A stretch of DNA of 64,000 nucleotides, from contig CALEJU010000036.1 of the NCBI GenBank assembly GCA_937898755.1, positions 5,859 to 69,858 on the forward strand, read 5' to 3'. A program made the translations under genes and the position numbers. Position 1 is the first letter of the stretch. Each line of letters opens with the position of its first letter. Of this stretch, positions 54,319 through 63,465 are shown piece by piece. Under the pieces are notes generated by a model that had not been told where the DNA came from, ran no database searches, and saw nothing but the letters and a program-made list of their open reading frames with translations. This stretch comes from an uncultured Acidobacteriota bacterium (GTDB taxonomy: Bacteria; Acidobacteriota; Terriglobia; Terriglobales; SCQP01).

Positions 54319-56949
54319 TCACGAAAATTCGAATTGTTCCTGGTGGACCTGTGGATCGGGCTTGATGAGCAGCGTCTTGCCGGTCATCTGCTCGATCTCC
54401 TCGATATAGGTGGCGCCGCGGGCTTTCAGGCCACGCGCCACGTCCGGGTTCACGCGCAGCACCATGTCATCACGCTCGATCGTCTTGGCGAGCTTTTTTG
54501 CCTCGGAATAAATCTCGTTGCACATGGTGGTCACCGATTTGACCAGGCCCACACCTTGGCAATAGTTGCACGGGCTGCCGAGCGTCCGCTCCAGAGACTG
54601 CTTGACCCGTTTGCGCGTCATCGCCACCAAGCCAAAATCATTGAAGGCAAGCAATTTGGATGGGGCCCGGTCGGAGCGCATCGCCTCCTCAAAGGCTTGC
54701 ATGACCTTCTGGCGGTTGCGGCGCTCGTCCATATCAATGAAGTCAACGACGATGATGCCTCCCAGGTCACGCAGGCGAATCTGGCGGACGATCTCCTTGA
54801 TGGCATCCACGTTGACTTTGACGATGGTGTCCTCCAGACGGTTGGACTTGCCGACATACTTGCCGGTATTGACGTCAATGGCGACCAGCGCCTCCGTCTG
54901 GTTGATGACAATGTAGCCACCGCTCTTGAGCCAGACCTTGCTCTTCAGCGCCTTGTTGATCTCGTCCTGGATGCCGAAGTGCTCAAACAGCGGGATCTCG
55001 CGGGTATACAGTCGAATTCGCGAGGTCAGGTGCGGCTTGAAGTAATTCACAAAGCGAACCGCACTCTGGTACTCCTCGTCGTTGTCCACCCAGACATGGG
55101 TGAATTGGTCGGAAAACTGATCCCGTAATGTTCGCTCGACCAGGTTCAGATCGTGATGCAGCATGCGCGGTCCCTTGGACGCCTCAAACTGCTGGCGCAG
55201 GTCGCTCCACAGACTACTGAGAAAGCGGATATCGGCCTTGAAGTCCTCATCGCTTGCGCTGGCGCCGGCGGTGCGCACGATGAAGCCACCCGGAAGATCG
55301 CGGGTGTTGTCGAGGATGAGGCGTTTCAGGCGTGCCCGCTCTTCGTCTGAGCCGATCTTGCGGGAAACGCCGATGTGACCGACGGTTGGCATGTAGACGA
55401 GGAAGCGCCCGGGAAGTGCGAGATGGCTGGTGATGCGCGCGCCCTTGCGTCCCAGGGGCTCCTTCGAGATTTGAATCAGAATCTCCTGGCCCTCATGCAG
55501 AAGATCGCCTATTAGGCGGGTCTGTGGCGGGCGATCGCGATCCCGGCCGCCGGATTCGGAACGCGTCTCCGGCCGTGCTTCTTGACGCGGCTTCCCGTTG
55601 GCCTGTCCATTCACCAACCCGACAGCGTCGCTCGCCATTGTGGTGGAGGTCGCCGGTCCTGCGGTTTCCGCGGAAGCGGAGGGACCCTGGCTCGCCGGAC
55701 CGCTGCTTCCATCCTGCGGGCGCCGCCGCCGTCGCCGCCGACGCCGGCCTTGCATATGCACTTGTCCGGAGCTGTGGCGCATTGCCGCGCTGAGGTCGCT
55801 TGACGCTGGGGCCGTGCCCTCTGCTTCGCCGAGCGGGGCGCCTTCGGCGGCCATGCTGGCTTCCGCCAGGCGTTCTTCCTCCTCTTCGCTGAGATAGTCC
55901 ACTTCCGCGAGATCGGTGAACTCGAGTTCCTCCGCTTCGTCGCGAATCGGGGCGCTCTCAATCTCCTCAACATCGGATTCGGGCGCAGGGGCTGCCTTCA
56001 ATGGCTCCCGTTCATCTGGCTGCGTCGCTGTGAAGTCGGGCTCGTCTTCCGGCACGGCTGCCGGGGAGGCCAGTGCCTCGGGTGGGGGAAGTGTCTCCTC
56101 TGTCGGTTTCAGTTCGTGTGTCGGCGCCGCAGGCGCCTCGGGAGCTGCAACCGGAGCCGGACTGACCGGCGGCGGGGATGCGTTACGGTATTTCGCCAAC
56201 GATTCCCCGGGCAAAACAAACGCCGGGTACTCGGGCGTCATATAAGGGGGAGCGACGGCTGGGGTGACCGCAGGAGGCGGAGTGTCTGGAACCGCCGCAA
56301 ACGGCGGAATCACGTCTGGGAGCGTCGCATCGCTCGCGTTGTCGTCAGGTTCCGGTTCATGACTCGGAACGACGGGCGGCGCTGGTCTCGATCCGCGCTC
56401 GCCCCCATGTTGCAAATCTTCCGGACGGGCAAACTTGGACTCCGGGAAGCCGCCGCGGTTGCGACCGCGACCGCGACGATGGCGTCTTCCGCCGCTCCGT
56501 TCCTCACCTCCCCGCTCCGCTCTTCCCTCGCTCGAGGCTGGCCTCGGGCCACCTGCGGCGCCTGATGGTGCGGGCTGTGGCGTTTGCGCCAGTTCAGAAG
56601 CGGGAGACCCGGCTTCTTCAAGTGGCCGTGGCGCCGGGCTGGGCGTGCCTTCGGCACGGTGCGGATCCAGCTTGGCGACTGCATCTTCCGCGTCGCTGAC
56701 TACACGATCGTATTCTTCGCTGTCCTCGAAAAAATCCGAGACATAGAGGAAAGCATCGCGTTCCAAGCCGATATCCACGAAAGCGGACTGCATTCCCGGC
56801 AAAACGCGCGTGACGCGGCCCTTATAGATGCTTCCGGCGAGGGAATGTTCGTGTTCCCGCTCGACGTAAACCTCGGCCACCTCACCATCTTCGGTAATGG
56901 CTAGCCGGGTCTCGTGCGGTGTCGAAGTGATAAACAGTTCCTTGTGCAT
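54319..56949 (-). CDS. rng: ribonuclease G/E-family endoribonuclease with a large internal low-complexity insertion
   Basis: S1 N-terminal half: GSIYKGRVTRVLPGMQSAFVDIG. S1 C-terminal half plus catalytic core: GQEILIQISKEPLGRKGARITSHLALPGRFLVYMP, ALVAIDVNTGK, GGIIVVDFIDM, CNYCQGVG. The position downstream of mreBCD-mrdA-rodA echoes the E. coli mreBCD-maf-rng order. Confidence 0.85.
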   Translation of the reverse strand: MHKELFITSTPHETRLAITEDGEVAEVYVEREHEHSLAGSIYKGRVTRVLPGMQSAFVDIGLERDAFLYVSDFFEDSEEYDRVVSDAEDAVAKLDPHRAEGTPSPAPRPLEEAGSPASELAQTPQPAPSGAAGGPRPASSEGRAERGGEERSGGRRHRRGRGRNRGGFPESKFARPEDLQHGGERGSRPAPPVVPSHEPEPDDNASDATLPDVIPPFAAVPDTPPPAVTPAVAPPYMTPEYPAFVLPGESLAKYRNASPPPVSPAPVAAPEAPAAPTHELKPTEETLPPPEALASPAAVPEDEPDFTATQPDEREPLKAAPAPESDVEEIESAPIRDEAEELEFTDLAEVDYLSEEEEERLAEASMAAEGAPLGEAEGTAPASSDLSAAMRHSSGQVHMQGRRRRRRRRRPQDGSSGPASQGPSASAETAGPATSTTMASDAVGLVNGQANGKPRQEARPETRSESGGRDRDRPPQTRLIGDLLHEGQEILIQISKEPLGRKGARITSHLALPGRFLVYMPTVGHIGVSRKIGSDEERARLKRLILDNTRDLPGGFIVRTAGASASDEDFKADIRFLSSLWSDLRQQFEASKGPRMLHHDLNLVERTLRDQFSDQFTHVWVDNDEEYQSAVRFVNYFKPHLTSRIRLYTREIPLFEHFGIQDEINKALKSKVWLKSGGYIVINQTEALVAIDVNTGKYVGKSNRLEDTIVKVNVDAIKEIVRQIRLRDLGGIIVVDFIDMDERRNRQKVMQAFEEAMRSDRAPSKLLAFNDFGLVAMTRKRVKQSLERTLGSPCNYCQGVGLVKSVTTMCNEIYSEAKKLAKTIERDDMVLRVNPDVARGLKARGATYIEEIEQMTGKTLLIKPDPQVHQEQFEFS

Positions 56950-56954
56950 GAGCG

Positions 56955-56972
56955 CTCCCTAAAGCCAGGGAG
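56955..56972 (-). promoter_or_regulatory. hairpin sequestering the rng Shine-Dalgarno (CUCCCU-GGCUUU-AGGGAG, then 5 nt, then AUG)
   Basis: Read directly on the minus strand: 56972..56967 pairs with 56960..56955. AGGGAG is the only SD-like element and sits 5 nt upstream of the ATG at 56949. Confidence 0.35.
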
Positions 56973-57394
56973 ACAGCCAGTGGCGAGCACGCACGTGCAG
57001 GGCGATGGGTTGTGGAGGGCCCGGAGCGCGACTGATTGACTGCAGGATCTGCGTCCTGCCTTTGGCCGCAGCCGCCTTGGACGGGTGCCTTGGCACGTGT
57101 CCGATCGGGGCTGAGCTGTCGATCTGCCTTCATGCTCATCGTCTGCAATCGTGTGGCGCTCACCAAACACGCCACCATGTCGACCCTCTCGGCCGGCACG
57201 GTCGCGCTGGGGCTGCCTGCAGTGGCTGACGTTTCAAAAATAAAATCTGGCGATTCTGATCCTTTGCTCTCGGTCTTCGAACCTGCGTGGAGGCTCTGCG
57301 TCGAGTGCCCAGCCTGGTTCGCTTCGCAGCGCATCCGGGCGCCGCCGGTCTTTCCAGTCCTTTGAAATTCGTTCTGCAAAATCGTACTGCCGTA

Positions 57395-58477
57395 TCAGTT
57401 CACAAACCGCGCCATGCGGATATTCATAACCAGACCCAGCGCGGCAAACGTAAACAGCAAACTTGAGCCCCCGGAACTCATCAGGGGAAGAGGGATGCCT
57501 GTCACCGGCATCAACCCCACGACCATCCCCACATTCACCACCACGTGAAATGCGAGGACAGCCACCACGCCCATGATGATCATCGCACCCCCGCGGTCTG
57601 GTGCCAACTGCGCATCATGCACCAACCGCATCAGGATCACAAAATAAAGTCCCAAGGCCAGCATGGCGCCCAAAAAGCCATGTTCCTCTGAAAACGCGGC
57701 AAAAATAAAGTCCGTTTGTGGAACTGGCAGAAAGGCGCCACGGGTCTGGGTGCCATGCGACGCCCCTTTCCCCCACAGACCTCCGGAACCCACCGCTATT
57801 TTCGACTGCCGCAATTGGTAGCCACTTCCCCGCGGGTCGGTTTCCGGGCTCAAAAACGTTTGGACGCGATGCTTCTGATAACCGTGCAAAAAATGCCATC
57901 CCACCGGCAAAACCATCGCGCCTGCCAGCAGGATCAAGAGAAAATGGCGCAGGCGCAGTCCCCCCAGCAGGAGTCCCATGGCCACGATGGGTAGGTAGGT
58001 GAGCGCCGTGCCCAAATCCGGCTCGATTAAGACCAGTGCCATGGGCAAGCCGATCAGGGCGCCCACCTTCACGATGTCACCGACACCCAGCTCCTCGCTC
58101 CGGTTTTCGGCAAAGTAACGCGCTACCGCCAGAATCAGCACCAGTTTGACGAATTCCGACACTTGCAGGTGCGTCCCCGCTACTGGGATCCAGCGGCGGG
58201 AATGGAAAATGGTCTTCCCTACCAGAAGCACCGCCGCCAGCGCCACGATCGAGGCAATGTACATCCAGGGCGATGATTCCAGCCACAACTTGTAGTCCAC
58301 GCGGCTGATCCCGAACAAGAGCAGCAGACCGGCGATCAGGAAATAAATCTGCTTGATATAAACACCGGCGAATTTCGTCGTGGCAGTGGCGCTGGCGATC
58401 TCGGCAATCCCCAACGCACACACCATCAGCACCAGGGCCAGAAGGAGCCAGTCGAAGTCGCGCCAGTGTCCTCTCAT
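57395..58477 (-). CDS. rodA: rod shape-determining SEDS protein RodA
   Basis: FtsW/RodA/SpoVE-type polytopic protein (DFDWLLLALVL..., LRQSKIAVGSGGLWGKG, PVPQTDFIFAAFSEEHGF). Trimmed to the ATG at 58477, which overlaps the mrdA stop in ATGA. Confidence 0.9.
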   Translation of the reverse strand: MRGHWRDFDWLLLALVLMVCALGIAEIASATATTKFAGVYIKQIYFLIAGLLLLFGISRVDYKLWLESSPWMYIASIVALAAVLLVGKTIFHSRRWIPVAGTHLQVSEFVKLVLILAVARYFAENRSEELGVGDIVKVGALIGLPMALVLIEPDLGTALTYLPIVAMGLLLGGLRLRHFLLILLAGAMVLPVGWHFLHGYQKHRVQTFLSPETDPRGSGYQLRQSKIAVGSGGLWGKGASHGTQTRGAFLPVPQTDFIFAAFSEEHGFLGAMLALGLYFVILMRLVHDAQLAPDRGGAMIIMGVVAVLAFHVVVNVGMVVGLMPVTGIPLPLMSSGGSSLLFTFAALGLVMNIRMARFVN

Positions 58478-60402
58478 GGCGCCACCGCGCCCCGGCGAGG
58501 CGACAGATGCCGGAAAACGACCGGCGCGAGAGTGACGTGCCCCCCAGCGTAGGCGGATTGAGGGCTGGTTTTTTCGGAGGTGATTCGGCTCTCCGGGTGC
58601 TTGTCGGCGTATGCATGCACGACTTGCGCAGCGAGACGGCCCGCGAAGTAGCCCTCCGCACCATGCTCGTAGAGCGCGCACACCACCAGTTGCGGGTGCT
58701 TCAGGGGATAGACGCCCACGAACCAGGCGTTGTCCACGAACTCGTGGCGTTTCCCCAACTCGGCCAGCCCCTGATTGGAGATCGTCTGCGCCGTCCCGGT
58801 TTTGCCGCCGAAGTCCAGGCCGTCAAGGTGGGCGCTGGCCGCCGTTCCTTCCGAGCCCACTACACCGCGCATGGCGTCAGTGATCAAGGCCACATTGGCG
58901 GAATGAAGTGGGACGACCGGCTGTTGAAAGGTCTCCTCTCCGGCCGGGGACGTCGCCGCACCGGTTTCGCCGGCGGCCACGGACAACAACACATGGGGCC
59001 GATAAAACGCACCGTTCATGACGATGCCTGCCACGGTATGGGCCAACTGCAACGGAGTCGCCGTCGTAGCCCCCTGACCAATCGCCACCGAGATCGTTTC
59101 GCCAGGATACCAACGCTGGTGCTCGCGTTGCAGCTTCCATTCTTCGGAGGGCATTAAGCCGCTGGCCTCGTGCGGCAGGTCAATCCCGGTGCGCTCGCCC
59201 AGTCCCAGCGCCTTGGCAAAGCTGGAAATTCTGTTAATCCCGAGCGTATTGCCCAGCGTATAAAAAAACACGTCACAGGACTGGACAATGGCTTTGTGGA
59301 TATCCACCATGCCGTGTTGCTGGTGACGGGAGCTAATCCAACACTTGTAATATCTTCCGTAAAATGTTGCACCTCCTGTACATAACGTGTGTTGAGCCTC
59401 CGCAATCCCCGCCTCCAAACCGGTTGCCGCCATCACCAGCTTGAAAACCGATCCGGGAGCCAACTGCGCCTGAATGACCTTGTTGAGAAAGGGGTGTTCA
59501 GGATCGTTATTGAGCGTACGGAACTGTTCCGGGGAGATGCGCAACGTGAACTGGTTCGGGTCAAACGTCGGCCGGCTCACCATGGCCAATACTTCCCCGT
59601 TGCGCGGATCGAGGGCGACGATGGCCCCGGGGCGGTCACCCAGCGCCTGTTCGGCGGCGATCTGCAGGTCGTTGTCAATCGTCAGGCGCACCGACTGACC
59701 GGCCCGCGGCGGGGTCGCGTCCAACTCGCCGACGTTCCTTCCCCGGCTGTCTACCATGACCCGGCGCTCGCCATCCTGACCGGTAAGGATCGAGTTGTAG
59801 TACTGCTCCAGCCCGGCTTTACCGACGATCGTTCCAGGACGCAGGTGCAGTTGCTGGATTTCGCGCGGTCCGGCCTCTCCCACATATCCGAGAAGGTGGG
59901 CCGCAAATCCATCCTTGGGGTAGAGCCGCCGACTGACGGTCAGCGTCTCCAATTCAGGGAATTGGTCGCGGTGTGCATCAATGAACTCCAAGTCCTGGGG
60001 CGTGATGTCGTCCTTAATCAGGATGAGTTGGTAAGCCGGGGCGTCACCCGCGCGGGCGATCCGACCCAGGAGATCAACAAGATCCAGATGCAGTCCTTGC
60101 GCAATCAGAGCCAAGTCGTCGCTGAGAGAGCGAGCCTGGTCGCGCACCAGATAGGCATTGAACGAAGGGTAGTTGTCGACGATGACGCGACCTTCACGGT
60201 CGAGGATGCGCCCGCGCGGCGCCGGGATCGGTTCGGTCCGGATGCGGTTGTGGTCCGCTTGCGAGGCGTACTCGTCATAAGCCAGGATTTGGAGCCGCCA
60301 AAATCCGTAGCCCAGCACCAGGAAGCAGGCCAACAATACGTACTGCAAGAGCGTGACACGCAGCGCGGGGAGTTGGGAATCGCGTTCGGGCATGCGCGCC
60401 AC
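58474..60402 (-). CDS. mrdA: penicillin-binding protein 2 (elongasome transpeptidase)
   Basis: N-terminal anchor LLQYVLLACFLVLGYGFW. It has APGSVFKLVMA (SxxK) and GGKTGTAQ (KTG); 642 aa. Confidence 0.9.
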   Translation of the reverse strand: MARMPERDSQLPALRVTLLQYVLLACFLVLGYGFWRLQILAYDEYASQADHNRIRTEPIPAPRGRILDREGRVIVDNYPSFNAYLVRDQARSLSDDLALIAQGLHLDLVDLLGRIARAGDAPAYQLILIKDDITPQDLEFIDAHRDQFPELETLTVSRRLYPKDGFAAHLLGYVGEAGPREIQQLHLRPGTIVGKAGLEQYYNSILTGQDGERRVMVDSRGRNVGELDATPPRAGQSVRLTIDNDLQIAAEQALGDRPGAIVALDPRNGEVLAMVSRPTFDPNQFTLRISPEQFRTLNNDPEHPFLNKVIQAQLAPGSVFKLVMAATGLEAGIAEAQHTLCTGGATFYGRYYKCWISSRHQQHGMVDIHKAIVQSCDVFFYTLGNTLGINRISSFAKALGLGERTGIDLPHEASGLMPSEEWKLQREHQRWYPGETISVAIGQGATTATPLQLAHTVAGIVMNGAFYRPHVLLSVAAGETGAATSPAGEETFQQPVVPLHSANVALITDAMRGVVGSEGTAASAHLDGLDFGGKTGTAQTISNQGLAELGKRHEFVDNAWFVGVYPLKHPQLVVCALYEHGAEGYFAGRLAAQVVHAYADKHPESRITSEKTSPQSAYAGGHVTLAPVVFRHLSPRRGAVAP

Positions 60403-60442
60403 GCCGGACGCCGGGGGGGGCGGCCGGACCTCGGTCAGATCT

Positions 60443-60964
60443 CTATACCATCCTACGGAACCGGTCGAGGAAACGGAACAGGAATACGGCAGTGAGGCCG
60501 TTGATCAGCGCAGCGACTGCCACCGGCGCAGTCATCCAATGCAGCGGCTGGGCCATTAGGAATCGCCCCGCTAGAAACACCACCGCGCTGTTGAGCCAAT
60601 ATAGCCCGAAGACCACCAGCAGCCGAATACCAGGGTGATCGGCGTCAATCCGTCCCCCCAGCGAGGAGGCCAAGAACCCGGCCAGCGTCTTGCCGATGCC
60701 GTTAAGCCCCAGCGCCAAGTGGGACAGAGTGTCCTGCAGGAGGCCAAAGACCGCCCCGGTGCCCATGGCGGAGGCCTGATTGCGGGTGGTCAGGGCGAGG
60801 TAGGCGACCGCCAACAAGGGGACATCCAGACGTGAGGCCGAGTGGATCAGCAGAGGCAGATATGCCTGCGTGACCAAGGCGCCTGCCGCCAGCAGCGGGA
60901 AGAAAGCGGCCGGAAACCGATAGATCGCGGCATCCTGACGGACCGGGTTGTAGGTGTACTCCAT
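60443..60964 (-). CDS. mreD: rod shape-determining protein MreD
   Basis: 173-aa polytopic membrane protein sitting between mreC and mrdA. The call rests on position and hydrophobic profile. Confidence 0.7.
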   Translation of the reverse strand: MEYTYNPVRQDAAIYRFPAAFFPLLAAGALVTQAYLPLLIHSASRLDVPLLAVAYLALTTRNQASAMGTGAVFGLLQDTLSHLALGLNGIGKTLAGFLASSLGGRIDADHPGIRLLVVFGLYWLNSAVVFLAGRFLMAQPLHWMTAPVAVAALINGLTAVFLFRFLDRFRRMV

Positions 60965-60977
60965 GCCGATGCGTCGT

Positions 60978-62264
60978 TCAGCCGGGGGGGGGAGGGGCAG
61001 TGGATGGCGTCACAACCGCGCGTCGCGCCGACACGGGCCGGCGAGAGGGCTCTGTTGCCGTCGACGCGGCCGGTTTTAACCGCGAGTTGCTCAACCCGGA
61101 CACTGCGGCAGCGGGCCCAAGACCCGGCGCACGCGTTGCCGGTTTTTTAGCGGGCCTCTTTGCCGCCGGCGAGGTGACCAGAGCGGCGGCGGCAGATTTC
61201 TGTGGGGTCAATTGTACCGGTGCACCTGATGTTGCAGGTTGCGATGCCATGGGTTTGGCCGAAACAGCCGTACCCGTCGTTGGTGACGCCGAAAGGCGGG
61301 CAGCCAAAGCGGCGCGATGTTGCGCAGCGATAAAGTCTGCGGCCGGCAGTGGGATTCCGGAATGATCCGCCGCGACCGGGACGCGGGGGAGCGCCTGTTC
61401 CCGCTGCTCGGCGGCAGTCAGGTGAGTTGGCTCGCTCGAAGACACAGGGGGAACAGGCACGGTCTGAGTGATGACCAGAACCGATTCCAAACGCGAGAGC
61501 TGCGCCGCCGGTTGCACTTGGATCTGCTGAAACATGGGTCCGGGCCGCACCGCCGTCACCGTACCCAAGGGAAGGCCTTTCGGGTAGATCTGGTCTTCTC
61601 CTGAGGTCAGAACCGCTTCGCCGACCTTCACCGGTTCGTCATTCAAGACGAAATTCAACTGCAACGGTCCTGGTCCAACCCCGCGCAAGCTACCGTGGAT
61701 GCGATCGTCCGCGAGCAGCGCCCCGACTCCCGACTCGGGATCGGTGATCAACAAAACCTGTGCCGTGGATGTCAACACCTGGCTGATTTTGCCCACCACG
61801 CCGTTCGGCGTGATCACTGGCATGTTGCGCGCGATGCCCTGCCGCGCGCCGCGATTGATGTAAATCACTTGCGCGTCTGCGGACGCACCACCGCCTATCA
61901 CTTCGGCAGCTCGCGTTCCGAATCCAACACTCGGCTGGAAGTTCAACAGTTGCCTGAACCGACCTGCCTCGCCAGCCGCTTCCTGAAGCTGCATATTGGC
62001 CAAACGCAGGTTCTGAACCTGCTGCAGCAGGTTGCGATTGTCCTCCTTGACGTGACGGAGGGCGAAATAGTCCTTCCAACTGGAACGGATATCGCTCACC
62101 AGACTGTGCGAGAGGTCCTCAAGCGGCACTACCGCGGTGACTCCCCAAAGGCGCAGCAAGCGCACTCCTCCCGCATCCGGGCGCCGAATCTGATAGGCCA
62201 GCAATAACACCTGGCCAAAGATCAAGCTGGCAAACAATGTCAAAGTGCGGTAACGAAACCACAT
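60978..62264 (-). CDS. mreC: rod shape-determining protein MreC with a long Pro/Ala-rich C-terminal tail
   Basis: N-terminal anchor, coiled coil (NLLQQVQNLRLANMQLQEAAGE) and beta-barrel core (VITPNGVVGKISQV..., YPKGLPLGTV). About 160 aa of PA/ST-rich tail follow residue ~268. Confidence 0.85.
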   Translation of the reverse strand: MWFRYRTLTLFASLIFGQVLLLAYQIRRPDAGGVRLLRLWGVTAVVPLEDLSHSLVSDIRSSWKDYFALRHVKEDNRNLLQQVQNLRLANMQLQEAAGEAGRFRQLLNFQPSVGFGTRAAEVIGGGASADAQVIYINRGARQGIARNMPVITPNGVVGKISQVLTSTAQVLLITDPESGVGALLADDRIHGSLRGVGPGPLQLNFVLNDEPVKVGEAVLTSGEDQIYPKGLPLGTVTAVRPGPMFQQIQVQPAAQLSRLESVLVITQTVPVPPVSSSEPTHLTAAEQREQALPRVPVAADHSGIPLPAADFIAAQHRAALAARLSASPTTGTAVSAKPMASQPATSGAPVQLTPQKSAAAALVTSPAAKRPAKKPATRAPGLGPAAAVSGLSNSRLKPAASTATEPSRRPVSARRAVVTPSTAPPPPG

Positions 62265-62342
62265 GAGCGCCCGGGGTACGAGGAAGCCAGCGCACGGGTT
62301 TCAGCGGGCGAGGCCCGCGCTCAATCCCCGCCACCAGCCACA

Positions 62343-63368
62343 CTATTCGATCGAAATCTTACGAAGCAGCTTGAAGTCGCTGAGCATCTTGCCAGTTCCC
62401 AATACGACGCTCGCCAGCGGATCGTCGGCAATCGAGACTGGCAGCCCGGTCTCTTCCCGAATCCTTCGGTCGAGGTTCTTCAATAATGCTCCTCCGCCCG
62501 TAAGAACAATGCCGCGATCGCTGATGTCCGCGCTCAACTCCGGAGGGGTCCGTTCCAGTGCGACGCGAATGGCGTTCACAATGGTGGCGACGCACTCACT
62601 CAACGCTTCGCGGATCTCGTCGTCGTGAATTGTGATCGTTTTAGGGACGCCTTCGATCAAGTTTCGGCCCTTGATCTCCATGGGGAGCGGTTTATCCAGC
62701 GGGTAGGCGGAGCCAATCTCAATTTTGATCTGTTCGGCGGTGCGTTCACCGATCAGCAGGTTGTACTTGCGCTTCAAAAAGTTGGTGACGGCGTCATCCA
62801 TCTCGTTGCCCGCGACGCGCACTGAGCGGGAGTAAACAATGCCGGAGAGCGAGATGACCGCGATATCGGTCGTGCCGCCGCCGATATCCACCACCATGTT
62901 GCCGCTTGGTTCGGTGATCGGCAAGCCAGCGCCGATGGCCGCCACCATGGCCTGTTCGACCAGATGCACCTCGCTGGCTTTGGCGCGGTAGGCGGAGTCC
63001 ATGACGGCACGCTTCTCGACCTGCGTGATCTCGGAAGGGACTCCGATGACAATACGCGGATGCACCAGCATCTTGCGGTTATGCGCCTTCTGAATGAAGT
63101 AGTTCAGCATCTTTTCGGTGACTTTGAAGTCAGCGATGACGCCGTCTTTCATCGGTTTAATGGCGACGATATTGCCGGGCGTTCGGCCGAGCATCTCCTT
63201 TGCCTCGCGACCCACGGCTTCCACTTCGCCGGTCAGCTTGTTGATGGCAACTATGGAGGGCTCATTGACCACGATCCCCTTGCCCTTGGCGTAGACCAGC
63301 GTGTTGGCGGTCCCCAGATCAATGGCGAGGTCGCTGGAAAAAAGACTGAAAAGGCTGCGAAAGCTCAT
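62343..63368 (-). CDS. mreB: rod shape-determining actin homolog MreB
   Basis: Contains [27 protein letters not shown] and [11 protein letters not shown]. Confidence 0.95.
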   Translation of the reverse strand: MSFRSLFSLFSSDLAIDLGTANTLVYAKGKGIVVNEPSIVAINKLTGEVEAVGREAKEMLGRTPGNIVAIKPMKDGVIADFKVTEKMLNYFIQKAHNRKMLVHPRIVIGVPSEITQVEKRAVMDSAYRAKASEVHLVEQAMVAAIGAGLPITEPSGNMVVDIGGGTTDIAVISLSGIVYSRSVRVAGNEMDDAVTNFLKRKYNLLIGERTAEQIKIEIGSAYPLDKPLPMEIKGRNLIEGVPKTITIHDDEIREALSECVATIVNAIRVALERTPPELSADISDRGIVLTGGGALLKNLDRRIREETGLPVSIADDPLASVVLGTGKMLSDFKLLRKISIE

Positions 63369-63435
63369 AGCTGGTTAGCGTGAATGGCACACCCGACGGG
63401 GGGGAGGCTTCGATCACGCCGGGGGGGCAGACTCC

Positions 63436-63465
63436 ACTATTCACGACTTCGACCAATGGCGTCAA
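63436..63465 (-). promoter_or_regulatory. sigma-70-like promoter candidate TTGACG-N18-AATAGT upstream of mreB
   Basis: Read on the minus strand: TTGACG at 63465..63460 and AATAGT at 63441..63436. This would give a ~60-nt leader. It is a weak match and has not been tested. Confidence 0.25.

Noticed and set aside
55718-55747. CGC/CGG codon run that looks like a short tandem repeat
   Set aside because: It encodes the in-frame poly-Arg block GRRRRRRRRRP of the rng insertion. It is not a non-coding repeat or CRISPR-like array. It is reported as part of the insertion finding.
56882-57379. 165-aa minus-strand ORF and 109-aa plus-strand ORF (57036..57365) inside the rodA-rng gap
   Set aside because: The minus ORF starts at a TTG, overlaps the rng start out of frame, and is low-complexity. 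Third-position GC is high only over short stretches of either ORF (my rough manual count). An AT-rich island interrupts both, and no family resemblance was seen. I treat the region as a leader, but a small protein cannot be fully excluded without ribosome profiling.
63398-63427. Two G7 homopolymers as phase-variation switches
   Set aside because: They lie in the leader of an essential housekeeping gene (mreB), outside coding sequence and outside the promoter spacer, in a genome where G/C runs are frequent. Slipped-strand regulation is unlikely.
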